Part shown: piece after piece, positions 28,355 through 37,325 of the stretch
How the letters are laid out: every line of letters begins with the position of its first letter
Position numbering within the stretch: position 1 is the stretch's first letter
Origin: an uncultured Granulosicoccaceae bacterium
GTDB lineage: Bacteria > Pseudomonadota > Gammaproteobacteria > Granulosicoccales > Granulosicoccaceae
Direction: 5' to 3'
DNA: 64,000 bases
NCBI GenBank assembly: GCA_938003855.1
Contig: CALKXD010000213.1
Location: 33,722-97,721, forward strand
The notes under the pieces: model-generated
What the model was told of the DNA's origin: nothing
Database searches by the model: none
The model's input: the letters and a program-made list of their open reading frames with translations, nothing else
Translations under genes and position numbers: made by a program

Positions 28355-31300
28355 ATGCTTTATTTAATCACTCAGATATTGCTAATATTATTTATAGCAA
28401 CCGTCCTCGGCGTGTTGTTGGGTTGGGTCTTACGTAAGATTAAGGCCTCTCAAGTCGAAGAAAAACTTAAACAGCGCCTGCATGAGTCTGAGCAAACGAT
28501 CAAGCCGATCAAACAGGCTTTATCAGAAGCGCAGGGCGATGTTGCCGGACGCGATGCAAGCATCGCAGGCCTTCAGGCTAAGTTGAAAGATTTCGACTCC
28601 CAGGCCCCGGGCATCAAGGCAGAGATCGACAAGTTGTCCAGCAAGCTCGGTGCAAGTAATGCGTCGGCCGAGGCTTTAAAGCAGGCACTTAGCGACAAGG
28701 ACAATCAGTTGCTACGATTAAGCAATGACTTGTTGCAGGAAAAAGCAGCTGTCCGACAGGTGGATCAATCACTGGCTGATGCACAGGGTAAACGTGCCGA
28801 GCTGGAACAACGATTGGCAGAAATGCGGGTTCGTCTGGACAACAACGATGCTGCAACACAAAGAGCCAAAGCAGACTCAAACGCACTGCAGCGTGAAATC
28901 AACGCACTTCAAATCAAGCTCAATGACTCAGAGCACAAACGCGATGCTTCCGTCGCCGATCTAAAACGCACGCTGGAACTGGAGTCGAAGGAACACGCCA
29001 AAGCGACTGCCGCACTGGCTGCTGTGGAAAGTGAACGCGCTCTGGCTAATGAAAAAATCGATGCGCTGACAAAGGATTTGCAGGACAAAATCACTGACCA
29101 TAAGCTGGCTATTACCGAGCGTGAGGCGCTGCAGCGCGAAGTCGCCTCACTGCAAGCTCAACTTGACCGATTGCAAAAGTCTCATGACGCCAAAGTCGCC
29201 GAACTTCAGCAACTACTGGCCGCCCGCCAGCAAGTCAATGATGATGCCAACAAAAAGCTTGCTGAAAACGCCGGTGCGATTGCCCGACTGGAAGGCGAGA
29301 TTGACCGTGCCCGTGACAAACTCGCTACCGCGCAGCAAGCCGGCGCAAGCGCTGCTGCAGAACGTGATTCACTGAACAAGCAACTCAGCGACCTTGGTCA
29401 GGCCAAGGCCACACTGGAAACAGACGCCGCCGACAAAGCCCGACAACTCGAGCAGAAAAAACAGGCGCAGCAAGACAAGATTGATCGACTGGAAAAAGCA
29501 CTCGCCGACACCGAATCACAAAAACTAGGATTCGCCAGTAACCTCGATGGCGTCAGAGCACAACTGCAAGCAACTAAAACGACCGAAGATCGAGCTGCAA
29601 AAGACAAAGATCGTCTCGAGCACAAGATTGGTTTGCTGGAAGCCAAGATCAAAGCGCAGACCAAAGAAGCGGAATCACGCATTGCCGATCTGGAGAAGCA
29701 ACTCACTGAAAGCAAGCTGGCTCGGCAATCTGCCAGTGACCAGCAACGTGATCTGGAGCAACGCATTCAGACACTGAAAGATGATCTGAACGAAAGGATC
29801 ACCGATCTAAAACTTGCCTCTACGCTGCGACAGAATCTGGAAAAGGATGTATCCGGACTGGAGGACGAAGTGAAAGGCCTGAACGATCAAGTCAAATCAC
29901 TGCAGCAGGCCCTGGATAAGTCAAAGGCTGATCACAACAGCAAGATCGCAGCACTGAAAGCATCACTGGCTGATAAAGAGGCACGCCTGGCCGACGGCGG
30001 TCTCGCGATACAGCAGTTGGCTGATCTGAAAAAAGCGCAACAAGAAGCAGACAAACAGCACTTGGCAGCACTGAAAGGTGCCGAAGGGAAAATCGCTGAG
30101 CTCGACCGACAACTGGCTAAGCAAGGCAGCGAACTAACCAGTACAAATGCTGAAGCAAAGCGCCTGAAGGAAGAGTTCGACAGAGCGTCCAGCCAGAATC
30201 AGCTTCTGCAGGACAAGCTGAACACCAACCAGGGTCAACTGCAATCAGCAGAGACTGCACTTAAGCTTGCCGAGAGCGATGGCGCGAAAGCACTGCAGGC
30301 CGCAGCGCTGGCCGCTGACAACGCGAACAATGCCTTGTCTTCAGCCACCGGAAAAGTTGCCGAGCTGAAAAATAAAAATGGCGTACTCGAAACTGAAATA
30401 GCAAAGCTCAAGCAGGACTACGCTGACGCTAAAATGGCGGCAACAGCAAATGCTGCAGAAGTGACTTCACTGAAAGACGATAGCAATAAACAACAGCTGG
30501 CACAGGAAAAAAATAACGCCGCACTCGAGCAAAAACTGGACAAACTAAACAAAGATCTGTCAGACGCTATCGCAACCGCCCAGGCAAATGCTGCCGAAGC
30601 CGCTGCCCTCAAGAGCGACAACAAAAAGCTGCAGAGAGATCTTGATTCAGCCCTGCTCGCTGCCAGAACCGATGTGTCAAGACTGCAAGGCGAAAACGAT
30701 AAGGTCACCGACCAGGTGAATGACTTGCTGCAAAAGCTCGATACAGCCAGGCAACAACTGCAGACTCAGGACAAGGCGGCAAGCACCAAAATAAGCGATA
30801 CAGCAAAGGCTCTGAGTGAGGCCACCAACGAAAATCGCCAGAACAGCGATGCTCGTGCAAAGGCAGAGCGGCGTGCCGCTGAGCTCGAACAGAAAGTAGC
30901 GGGTCTGACAGACCAACTGCAGGATTTAAAAGAAACAGCAGCCGACCTGAAAACCAACGCTAAAGTCAGCGTTGCAGAAAATGCCGCCTTACAACGTGAG
31001 CTGCAGGCAGTAAAAGACGCCGCACAAGCCGCTGATCAGCAGCATGCAAAAACCCTGGATACCCTGCAAAGCGATCTGGCAGCAACACAGGCATCTGCCG
31101 CAAAGGCCGAAAAAGACGCTGCTAGTTTCCGCGATACTGCCGCTGAACTCAAGCGCGCCAAAGAGTCGGATGCCAGCTCAGACCGCCAGGCACTTGCAGA
31201 CCTAAACAAGCAGCTGACGGCTACCGGCAATGAGAAAAAGCAACTTGCTAATTCCCTGGCAAAGGCACAGAAAGATCTGGCTGATGCCACAGCCGAGCTA

Positions 31301-31978
31301 AAAGATGTCAAAACAGACGGCAAACTGGCATCCGCAGAATCCAGGAAGCTGGAAAAGGAAGCCGTTCGCCTCGATCAGGCTTACGCGGCACTGAAAAAAG
31401 AGCTCGAGAACACCGCCAACGCCAAACAGCAATTCCGCGATGACGCAAACAACGCCAACAAGGAAAATGCTGACCTGAAGCGTCGGCTTGAAACCAAAGA
31501 AAAAGAACTCAGTGACTTGACAGGTAAGCTGCCGACTCTGCAATCAGAGCTCCGTCAGAAAGAGAAAAGCGAAGCACGGCTGGAAACTGAAATCGCTCAA
31601 TTGAAAGCTCAGTTGAACTCGGTGAATGACAAAATCGGTACCCTGACCAGTGATCTGGGTAAGCGCGATACCGACAACGCCAACTTGCGCAACGAGACGC
31701 AGGCAATGCAATCGCAACTGTCAGAGTATCAATCACTGGAGGTAGAACTGCTCGATCGCATCAAGGCACTCGAGACTGAGCTCACCAGTGCACGCAAAGA
31801 TGCCAGTAAGAATCTGCTGTCACGGATACTCGAACTGGAAGCGATGCTGCAGGCAGAACGCAACAAGGCCGAAGAGTTTCGCACCATGACAGGCTTGGGT
31901 GATGTATCCGTCTCACAGTCTACCATTCGCAAAGTTGCGGCAAACTCCGAAAGCCATAAAAAGAAAAGAAACGGATAA
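28355..31978 (+). CDS. 1207-aa single-pass membrane protein consisting almost entirely of coiled coil (no family recognised)
   Basis: The ATG lies 2 nt after the upstream TAG, with GGAG 5 nt upstream. One N-terminal TM helix (LITQILLILFIATVLGVLLGWVL) is followed by RKIK. About 1150 residues of A/L/Q/K/E/D-rich heptad-like sequence follow, with no Cys, no further Trp and only three Pro. The gene ends before a strong terminator. Confidence 0.85.
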   Translation: MLYLITQILLILFIATVLGVLLGWVLRKIKASQVEEKLKQRLHESEQTIKPIKQALSEAQGDVAGRDASIAGLQAKLKDFDSQAPGIKAEIDKLSSKLGASNASAEALKQALSDKDNQLLRLSNDLLQEKAAVRQVDQSLADAQGKRAELEQRLAEMRVRLDNNDAATQRAKADSNALQREINALQIKLNDSEHKRDASVADLKRTLELESKEHAKATAALAAVESERALANEKIDALTKDLQDKITDHKLAITEREALQREVASLQAQLDRLQKSHDAKVAELQQLLAARQQVNDDANKKLAENAGAIARLEGEIDRARDKLATAQQAGASAAAERDSLNKQLSDLGQAKATLETDAADKARQLEQKKQAQQDKIDRLEKALADTESQKLGFASNLDGVRAQLQATKTTEDRAAKDKDRLEHKIGLLEAKIKAQTKEAESRIADLEKQLTESKLARQSASDQQRDLEQRIQTLKDDLNERITDLKLASTLRQNLEKDVSGLEDEVKGLNDQVKSLQQALDKSKADHNSKIAALKASLADKEARLADGGLAIQQLADLKKAQQEADKQHLAALKGAEGKIAELDRQLAKQGSELTSTNAEAKRLKEEFDRASSQNQLLQDKLNTNQGQLQSAETALKLAESDGAKALQAAALAADNANNALSSATGKVAELKNKNGVLETEIAKLKQDYADAKMAATANAAEVTSLKDDSNKQQLAQEKNNAALEQKLDKLNKDLSDAIATAQANAAEAAALKSDNKKLQRDLDSALLAARTDVSRLQGENDKVTDQVNDLLQKLDTARQQLQTQDKAASTKISDTAKALSEATNENRQNSDARAKAERRAAELEQKVAGLTDQLQDLKETAADLKTNAKVSVAENAALQRELQAVKDAAQAADQQHAKTLDTLQSDLAATQASAAKAEKDAASFRDTAAELKRAKESDASSDRQALADLNKQLTATGNEKKQLANSLAKAQKDLADATAELKDVKTDGKLASAESRKLEKEAVRLDQAYAALKKELENTANAKQQFRDDANNANKENADLKRRLETKEKELSDLTGKLPTLQSELRQKEKSEARLETEIAQLKAQLNSVNDKIGTLTSDLGKRDTDNANLRNETQAMQSQLSEYQSLEVELLDRIKALETELTSARKDASKNLLSRILELEAMLQAERNKAEEFRTMTGLGDVSVSQSTIRKVAANSESHKKKRNG

Positions 31979-32024
31979 TCCCGCAGTAACAACGAGTCCT
32001 TAGCTGGTTATTTTTCCAGCATTC

Positions 32025-32054
32025 AAAAGCCGCTTTTTAAAGCGGCTTTTTTTT
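32025..32054 (+). terminator. rho-independent terminator
   Basis: A 10-bp stem (aaaagccgct / agcggctttt) with loop ttttaa continues into a run of 8 T. It starts 47 nt downstream of the coiled-coil gene stop. Confidence 0.85.
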
Positions 32055-32171
32055 GGCCGGCAAAACCCGGGGGAAGTCTGTACGCTGGCCGTTATCATCG
32101 CAACGCCGGTGGCTTACAAAGCAGTATATTGTTTGCTGCGCGACAAAGCTGCGGTAGTCGGGTGGCAGGCG

Positions 32172-33947
32172 CTAGCCGCGACTACTGCGCAACACAGCGG
32201 CAACATTCTCTGCAGCTTCATACACCAGCGCAGCGTCTTCACCGGTATTCAACTCAGCGGCATTGGCTTCGTCGGTATCAATATGCATTTCAAGTTTATA
32301 TTTCTCGCTGACGCGTACCAACACATCGCCAAACGCTAGATCACGGGGTCCGCCGGTGATCGCAACTTCGACGATGTCTTTATCTGATACACCAAACACT
32401 TCAGCGTCCTGCGGATGCATGTGAATGTGCCGCCGAGCGCAAATCAATCCTTCAGTGAGATGTACCGAACCCTGCGGACCTTCCAGTATGATTGGCGCTG
32501 AGCCCGCCACCTGCCCTGAGTCCCGGATTGGAGCATCAATACCCAGCCTGAATTCATCCGTGCGGGAGATCTCGATCTGATCAACAGAGCGTAACGGGCC
32601 GAGTACGCGCACACCGTCAATGCGGTTACGTGGGCCAATCAGATTGACCTTCTCCACACAGGCATACTGACCGGGCTGCGAAATATCACGATACTTTGTC
32701 GGCTTGGCCTGCGCTCCGAACAACGCCGCAAATGTTTCTTTGGTTAAATGCATGTGCCTGGCGCTTACGGCCACCGGAATAGTCTTTGGGCTATGCAGTA
32801 GATTTTGTTGCTCGACGATACGCTGCGTTTGCCTGGCGATCATCAGCTCTTCATCGGTTTTGACAACCATCACGCGGACACGGGAGTTTGCCTCACTGAT
32901 CGTGGCGACATTGGCCGCAGCCAAGACATCCGCATCGGTGTTGCGGTCTTCATCCAGCCGTATCCCTAAAAACTCCAGCCGCTGCAGTATACGCCGGCGC
33001 ATCGTTGCGCTGTTTTCGCCAATGCCACCGGTAAACACCACGCCATCAATACCACCCATAACGGCGGCGTAGGCCCCCACATATTTGCGAACGCGATGGG
33101 CAAAAACATTGATTGCCAGCCGCGCCCTGTCGTCACCCTGCTCGGCCAGATCTTCCAGCTTACGCAGATCGTTGCTGCTACCGGACAGCCCTTTCAGACC
33201 GCTTTGACGATTGAGCAGAGCGTCGAGTTGCGACACGCTGAACTCACCGCTGCGCAGCAGTGCCATCAGTGCTCCGGCATCGATGTCACCCGAACGAGTC
33301 CCCATCACCAGACCTTCCAGCGGCGTCATGCCCATACTGGTATCTGTTGAGTGCCCGAATTCAACGGCGCAGGCGCTGGCTCCATTACCCAGATGCAGCG
33401 TCACCAGACGCAACTCATTCAATGGAGCTGCCAGCGCGTCAGCAGCGACACCGGCGACGTACTGGTGAGATGTGCCGTGAAAGCCGAAACGACGAATGCG
33501 ATGTTTATTGGCAATGTCGCCGTCTATTGCATAACACCGTGCGCGACGCGGCATTCGCACATGAAAGGCGGTGTCGAATACGGCGACGTGCGGCACGTCA
33601 GGCCAGCGTTGTCGGGCAATGTGGATGCCCTCTAGATTAAACGGGTTGTGCAGCGGCGCATCAACTGATCGCGCATCAATCTCGGCAATGACTTCTGCAT
33701 CGATAGCCACCGCGTCGAAGTAGCGCTCGCCTCCGTGCACAACGCGATGACCCACTGCATCAACGCGGTGGGCAGAACACTGCGAAACCAGATGCTCCAG
33801 CGCTTGCTGATGAGTACGCCAGACGGAATCAGCCTCGGCGATGTGCTCGATTTTTCCGCTCAGCAAACGACTGCCACTGGCAACGTCAATTAACTGATAC
33901 TTGACGCTCGAAGAACCACTATTGACGACCAGTACATTCACGGGCAA
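32172..33947 (-). CDS. ackA: acetate/propionate kinase fused to a PduL-type phosphate acyltransferase
   Basis: The N-terminal ~390 aa carry acetate-kinase blocks: LVVNSGSSSVKYQL, HRVVHGG, PLHNP, AVFDTAFH, RRFGFHGTSH, HLGNGASA, GTRSGDID and FTGGIGEN. The C-terminal ~195 aa (nt 32172-32765) are PduL/PTAC-like, with the duplicated motifs VSARHMHLT and CARRHIHMH plus LEMHIDTDEANAA. The start is TTG 33947 or GTG 33941. Confidence 0.88.
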   Translation of the reverse strand: MPVNVLVVNSGSSSVKYQLIDVASGSRLLSGKIEHIAEADSVWRTHQQALEHLVSQCSAHRVDAVGHRVVHGGERYFDAVAIDAEVIAEIDARSVDAPLHNPFNLEGIHIARQRWPDVPHVAVFDTAFHVRMPRRARCYAIDGDIANKHRIRRFGFHGTSHQYVAGVAADALAAPLNELRLVTLHLGNGASACAVEFGHSTDTSMGMTPLEGLVMGTRSGDIDAGALMALLRSGEFSVSQLDALLNRQSGLKGLSGSSNDLRKLEDLAEQGDDRARLAINVFAHRVRKYVGAYAAVMGGIDGVVFTGGIGENSATMRRRILQRLEFLGIRLDEDRNTDADVLAAANVATISEANSRVRVMVVKTDEELMIARQTQRIVEQQNLLHSPKTIPVAVSARHMHLTKETFAALFGAQAKPTKYRDISQPGQYACVEKVNLIGPRNRIDGVRVLGPLRSVDQIEISRTDEFRLGIDAPIRDSGQVAGSAPIILEGPQGSVHLTEGLICARRHIHMHPQDAEVFGVSDKDIVEVAITGGPRDLAFGDVLVRVSEKYKLEMHIDTDEANAAELNTGEDAALVYEAAENVAAVLRSSRG

Positions 33948-34002
33948 ACCCCAAAAACCACTATGTTACACGGGGATCTGTCCACGGCAGGTTGCCAACA
34001 GG

Positions 34003-34031
34003 CAAAAAAAAGGCTGCGTTACCGCAGCCTT
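34003..34031 (-). terminator. rho-independent terminator (reads on the minus strand)
   Basis: A 9-bp stem (aaggctgcg / cgcagcctt) with loop ttac is present. On the minus strand it is followed by a run of 8 T (A run 34004-34011). It starts 23 nt downstream of the beta-propeller gene stop. Confidence 0.8.
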
Positions 34032-34053
34032 GTTTCAATTGCCAGGTAAGGTC

Positions 34054-36270
34054 TTACTCGTTGATGGAGACGGGTGAATCGACTCCCCACTCACCGTATT
34101 GCAGAGAACCATTGTGGATGGCGTACAGACCGCCATCCGAGGCAATAACAGCGCGGTCATTTTCAAGACTTACCGGGGAATAATTATGCCCGGCATCGCG
34201 GCTTTCATAGGTCCAGTTCGGACTGGCTACAAAGGCCGAAGCGCCTGCATCAACTTCCATGGTCAGCAACATGTTCGAGGTCCAGTCAGACCACGCCGAC
34301 GGACTCGACGATTCAACAGGCTCGTCGTGCAGCTGAAGCGGTATGGCAAAACGTCCGTTGCTGGAACCCGAGCCAGGTAACCAGGCAAATGCATGGTGGT
34401 TGGTCAACGCCGGTGTTTGCGTGCCGCGCTTTCCAATAACCACACTGTCTGCAACAAACGGGTTGGAGGCGTCAGACACATCAAACAGTGCCAGCTTGAC
34501 GCCCTGATACCAGGCACCTCGACCATCGCCCCAGCCACCATTGCCGGCAATAGCATCTTTACCCAGTCCAATCAGCAGCGAGTCGTTAACAGGGTGCAGA
34601 TAATCCGAGTATCCGGGTAACTCAAGCTCACCGGCAATAGACGGATCATAGGGATTGGATACATCGAGAACATACAATGGATCTGTGATGCGGAACGTCA
34701 CCAGATAGGCGCGATCACCAATAAACCGACTGGCGTACAGACTTTCACCCTCTTTACCAATGGGAGCAGGTCGGTCACTATTGGGCAGTGTGGACAGGGT
34801 ATTCAGGCGAGATGTACTGCTTTCACCCAATATATTTAGAGTCACTGGAGAGCCAGACCGGCTTTCATCAAAAGACACTATACGCAGATTGCCATCTTTC
34901 TCACTCATGCGGAAAGGCTTTCGCTTTATATTCCAGCCCAGGTGACCACTGACGGACCCGGTTCCCTTAAATGCAGGTGCACCGTTGCTGTTGAGGCTGA
35001 ATTTATGCACTTCCGTGGTAATTTCCGGCCGTGAATAGCTTAGAACCGTGTCACCACGCTCATCGGTGGAAAACGAATAGTCATACTCGGTAGTGGCCAG
35101 ATAAAGCGCATTCTGAGAAACGTAGATGGTTTCGGTGTCGCCGACAAAGCAGGTGTTATTAACCTGTACATTTCGAGTGTCCAGATCAATGGTCACAATA
35201 GAAATTACACTGGGATCCCGATGATACGGGATAGCATCACCGGTCGCAGTATCAGAGTTTTCAGCCACTGGCGGATCACTTTTATAACAGCGGTTATCTC
35301 TGATTAGCGCGGTGTTGCCGCCGTCATCGACGCGGTAGCTTGGTAGAAAATCCGCGACATCGGCATTTTCGATAGCAGTGCGGTTGCGTTGAAAGTCGGC
35401 GTCACTCGACGGGTAGAGAATGATATCCTGGATTTGCGGATGGTAGCGCGTCACGACGATAAGTCGATTATCTATTTTACGACTGGAAATCAACTGACCA
35501 TCGATATCCACCGTTCGTGTCACCGACATATTGCCGCTATCTGCCGCGTCAATCCATGACACACGAGTTTCCCGGCCAGCCCACAGCGACGATGTATGCC
35601 AGTAGGCCCAGTTATCAAAAGACTGTCGTGACAGCATGACCAGATCCCGGGCAGAACCGTTTTTATGCAGATACATACCCTCGGGGGAATGATTACCCAG
35701 CGGTAGCTTCAGGCGAGACAGCACTGCCGAATTGTTTTTATCCATGCGATACGCACTGAGCGTATTTTCCGATGTAGTGGGCGCAATCGTCAGCCCCTGA
35801 TCCGCCAGCAGTACAGGAAAGATGCCGTAGTACTGCGAATTAGGCGTCTCGAGCGCAAACAAGGTGTTACCGTCAATTTTTATCCGATCAGACTCATCGA
35901 CTCCGACTTCCTGAACATTGGTATCACTGAAACGGGTTTCAGCCGGTACGCTGGTACCACCGGTATCGGCCGATGATTGCTCTGCTACCGCATCGACAAG
36001 CAGGCCACCGGCCTGTCCGATTGCACTGGTGGTGTAATAGTTAATCAGAGACTCACGGATAATCGTGTCCGCTTGATCCGCTGCCAGAACGGGCACCACC
36101 GGAGTCTCGGTGCCATTGTTGTTGTCGCCGTTGTTTGTGCCATCGCCGGTACCAACACTCGAACTGTCACAGGCAGCCAATGCGAAAACAACAGCGAGTG
36201 TCACAAGGCCACGACCGGCTATTCTGTGTGTTAGCGCGGCTTGGCTGCTTGTTCGTGCTTGAACAGTCAT
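34054..36270 (-). CDS. secreted beta-propeller domain-containing lipoprotein (COG4880/PF09826-like)
   Basis: The ATG at 36270 gives a signal peptide with lipobox (VVFALAAC) and then an N/G/T-rich linker. The family-typical C-terminal block is RFIGDRAYLVTFRITDPLYVLDVSNPYDPSIAGELELPGYSDYLHPV. The track ORF extends 23 codons further upstream. Confidence 0.8.
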   Translation of the reverse strand: MTVQARTSSQAALTHRIAGRGLVTLAVVFALAACDSSSVGTGDGTNNGDNNNGTETPVVPVLAADQADTIIRESLINYYTTSAIGQAGGLLVDAVAEQSSADTGGTSVPAETRFSDTNVQEVGVDESDRIKIDGNTLFALETPNSQYYGIFPVLLADQGLTIAPTTSENTLSAYRMDKNNSAVLSRLKLPLGNHSPEGMYLHKNGSARDLVMLSRQSFDNWAYWHTSSLWAGRETRVSWIDAADSGNMSVTRTVDIDGQLISSRKIDNRLIVVTRYHPQIQDIILYPSSDADFQRNRTAIENADVADFLPSYRVDDGGNTALIRDNRCYKSDPPVAENSDTATGDAIPYHRDPSVISIVTIDLDTRNVQVNNTCFVGDTETIYVSQNALYLATTEYDYSFSTDERGDTVLSYSRPEITTEVHKFSLNSNGAPAFKGTGSVSGHLGWNIKRKPFRMSEKDGNLRIVSFDESRSGSPVTLNILGESSTSRLNTLSTLPNSDRPAPIGKEGESLYASRFIGDRAYLVTFRITDPLYVLDVSNPYDPSIAGELELPGYSDYLHPVNDSLLIGLGKDAIAGNGGWGDGRGAWYQGVKLALFDVSDASNPFVADSVVIGKRGTQTPALTNHHAFAWLPGSGSSNGRFAIPLQLHDEPVESSSPSAWSDWTSNMLLTMEVDAGASAFVASPNWTYESRDAGHNYSPVSLENDRAVIASDGGLYAIHNGSLQYGEWGVDSPVSINE

Positions 36271-36365
36271 TATCAATCCTCTAGTTACTTGAAGTTCCAA
36301 TCGGTCTGTGGAGTTCCCTGCCAGTTGCCGGGATTCCAATAATTATAGTCCAATTTCATATATAC

Positions 36366-36381
36366 TGGGATTTTTTTCCCA
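36366..36381. promoter_or_regulatory. palindromic operator candidate TGGGA-N6-TCCCA (copy 1)
   Basis: The sequence tgggattttttt­ccca without the soft hyphen, i.e. tggga tttttt tccca, has perfect 5+5 inverted arms. It lies in the AT-rich 206-bp divergent intergenic region. Confidence 0.5.
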
Positions 36382-36426
36382 AATATAAACTAATATTTCG
36401 GCAGGTCAAGCCGAAAGTTAACATTA

Positions 36427-36442
36427 TGGGATATTATTCCCA
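36427..36442. promoter_or_regulatory. palindromic operator candidate TGGGA-N6-TCCCA (copy 2)
   Basis: The sequence tggga tattat tccca has the same arms and spacing as copy 1, and its centre is 61 bp away. It overlaps the upstream ATG (36426) of the track ORF, which argues for the ATG at 36477 as the real start. Confidence 0.5.
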
Positions 36443-36476
36443 ACTAAAATCATCAGTTCGGTATATCATTACTCGC

Positions 36477-37325
36477 ATGAGCAACACTGCCAACAATCCA
36501 CTGTCCCACGCTGTACGCACCATGCTGCGACCGCTTGTGCGGCTATTGCTCCGGAACGGCGTAGCCTATGCAGATTTCGTTCACTTTGTTAAACAGATGT
36601 TTGTCGAGGTCGCCAGTGAAGACTTCGATCTGCCCGGACGCAAGCAATCAGTGTCACGAATTGCCGTTGTCACCGGTATCAATCGCAAGGAAGTAAAAAG
36701 GCTGCTCGAGGAAGATCTCGACGATTCACCGGGGCCGGAAAATAATCGTGCCGCGCGGGTTGTCAACGGCTGGATGCGCGATGAAAAGTACTGCGACCCT
36801 AAGGGCAACGCACGGGCGCTGTCCTGGGCCGTGGCCGACGACGACGCCAGCTTTGAAAGCCTGGTCAAGGAATACAGTGGCGACATGCCGGCTCGCTCTA
36901 TTCTCGACGAACTGATTCGCCTGGGTGCGGCGCAACTCACCGACGACAATCAGGTATCCCTCACTTCCAACGGCTATGTGCCCGCCAGTAATAAGGAAGA
37001 ATTACTGCGACTGTCAGGGGAAAGCGTCGGCGACCTGCTCGCCACTATCGATCACAACCTTGCCGGTGACAGCACCACTACCCGGCTCCAGTTAAGCGTG
37101 GCATACGATAACGTAAGTCGCGAGGGCGTCGATCTATTCCGTAGCCTGAGCCGCGAGAAGTCGCTGGAGCTACTGCACTATCTAGACGGTTTTCTCGCCA
37201 CTCAGGATCGCTCGGTGAATCCGTCAGCCCGGGGTGAAGGCCGCCATCGCACCGGCGTTGGAATCTATTTCTTTGAAGAAGCACTTAACGACAACACGGT
37301 TGATACTGATGTTAAACCGAAATAA
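36477..37325 (+). CDS. hypothetical cytoplasmic protein with N-terminal HTH-like segment (possibly DUF6502-type; not certain)
   Basis: The N-terminus reads MSNTANNPLSHAVRTMLRPLVRLLLRNGVAYADFVHFVKQMFVEVA, followed by SVSRIAVVTGINRKEVKRLL (helix-turn-helix-like). There is no signal peptide. The 3' end overlaps the next gene by 17 nt. Confidence 0.65.
   Translation: MSNTANNPLSHAVRTMLRPLVRLLLRNGVAYADFVHFVKQMFVEVASEDFDLPGRKQSVSRIAVVTGINRKEVKRLLEEDLDDSPGPENNRAARVVNGWMRDEKYCDPKGNARALSWAVADDDASFESLVKEYSGDMPARSILDELIRLGAAQLTDDNQVSLTSNGYVPASNKEELLRLSGESVGDLLATIDHNLAGDSTTTRLQLSVAYDNVSREGVDLFRSLSREKSLELLHYLDGFLATQDRSVNPSARGEGRHRTGVGIYFFEEALNDNTVDTDVKPK

Noticed and set aside
28355-31978. The giant repetitive ORF could be a phage tape-measure protein, an SMC/chromosome-segregation ATPase, or a prophage remnant.
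   Set aside because: No phage genes (terminase, capsid, integrase) flank it. There are no Walker A/B or hinge motifs, and no Gly/Trp-rich tape-measure features. An N-terminal TM helix and coupling to an OmpA-C protein argue for an envelope-associated role.
28689-31992. A series of 60-120-codon minus-strand ORFs has Ser/Ala/Cys/Leu-rich products (for example 29398..29766 and 30418..30708).
   Set aside because: They are the reverse complement of the Ala/Leu/Gln/Lys/Glu-rich coiled-coil gene. The biased codon content keeps the antisense frames open, and there is no independent coding evidence.
32172-32765. The PduL domain could be a flag for a bacterial microcompartment (Pdu/Eut/GRM) locus.
   Set aside because: No BMC shell genes (PF00936/PF03319-like small proteins), no aldehyde dehydrogenase and no signature enzyme lie nearby. 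PduL is fused to Ack and lacks an N-terminal encapsulation-peptide-like extension.
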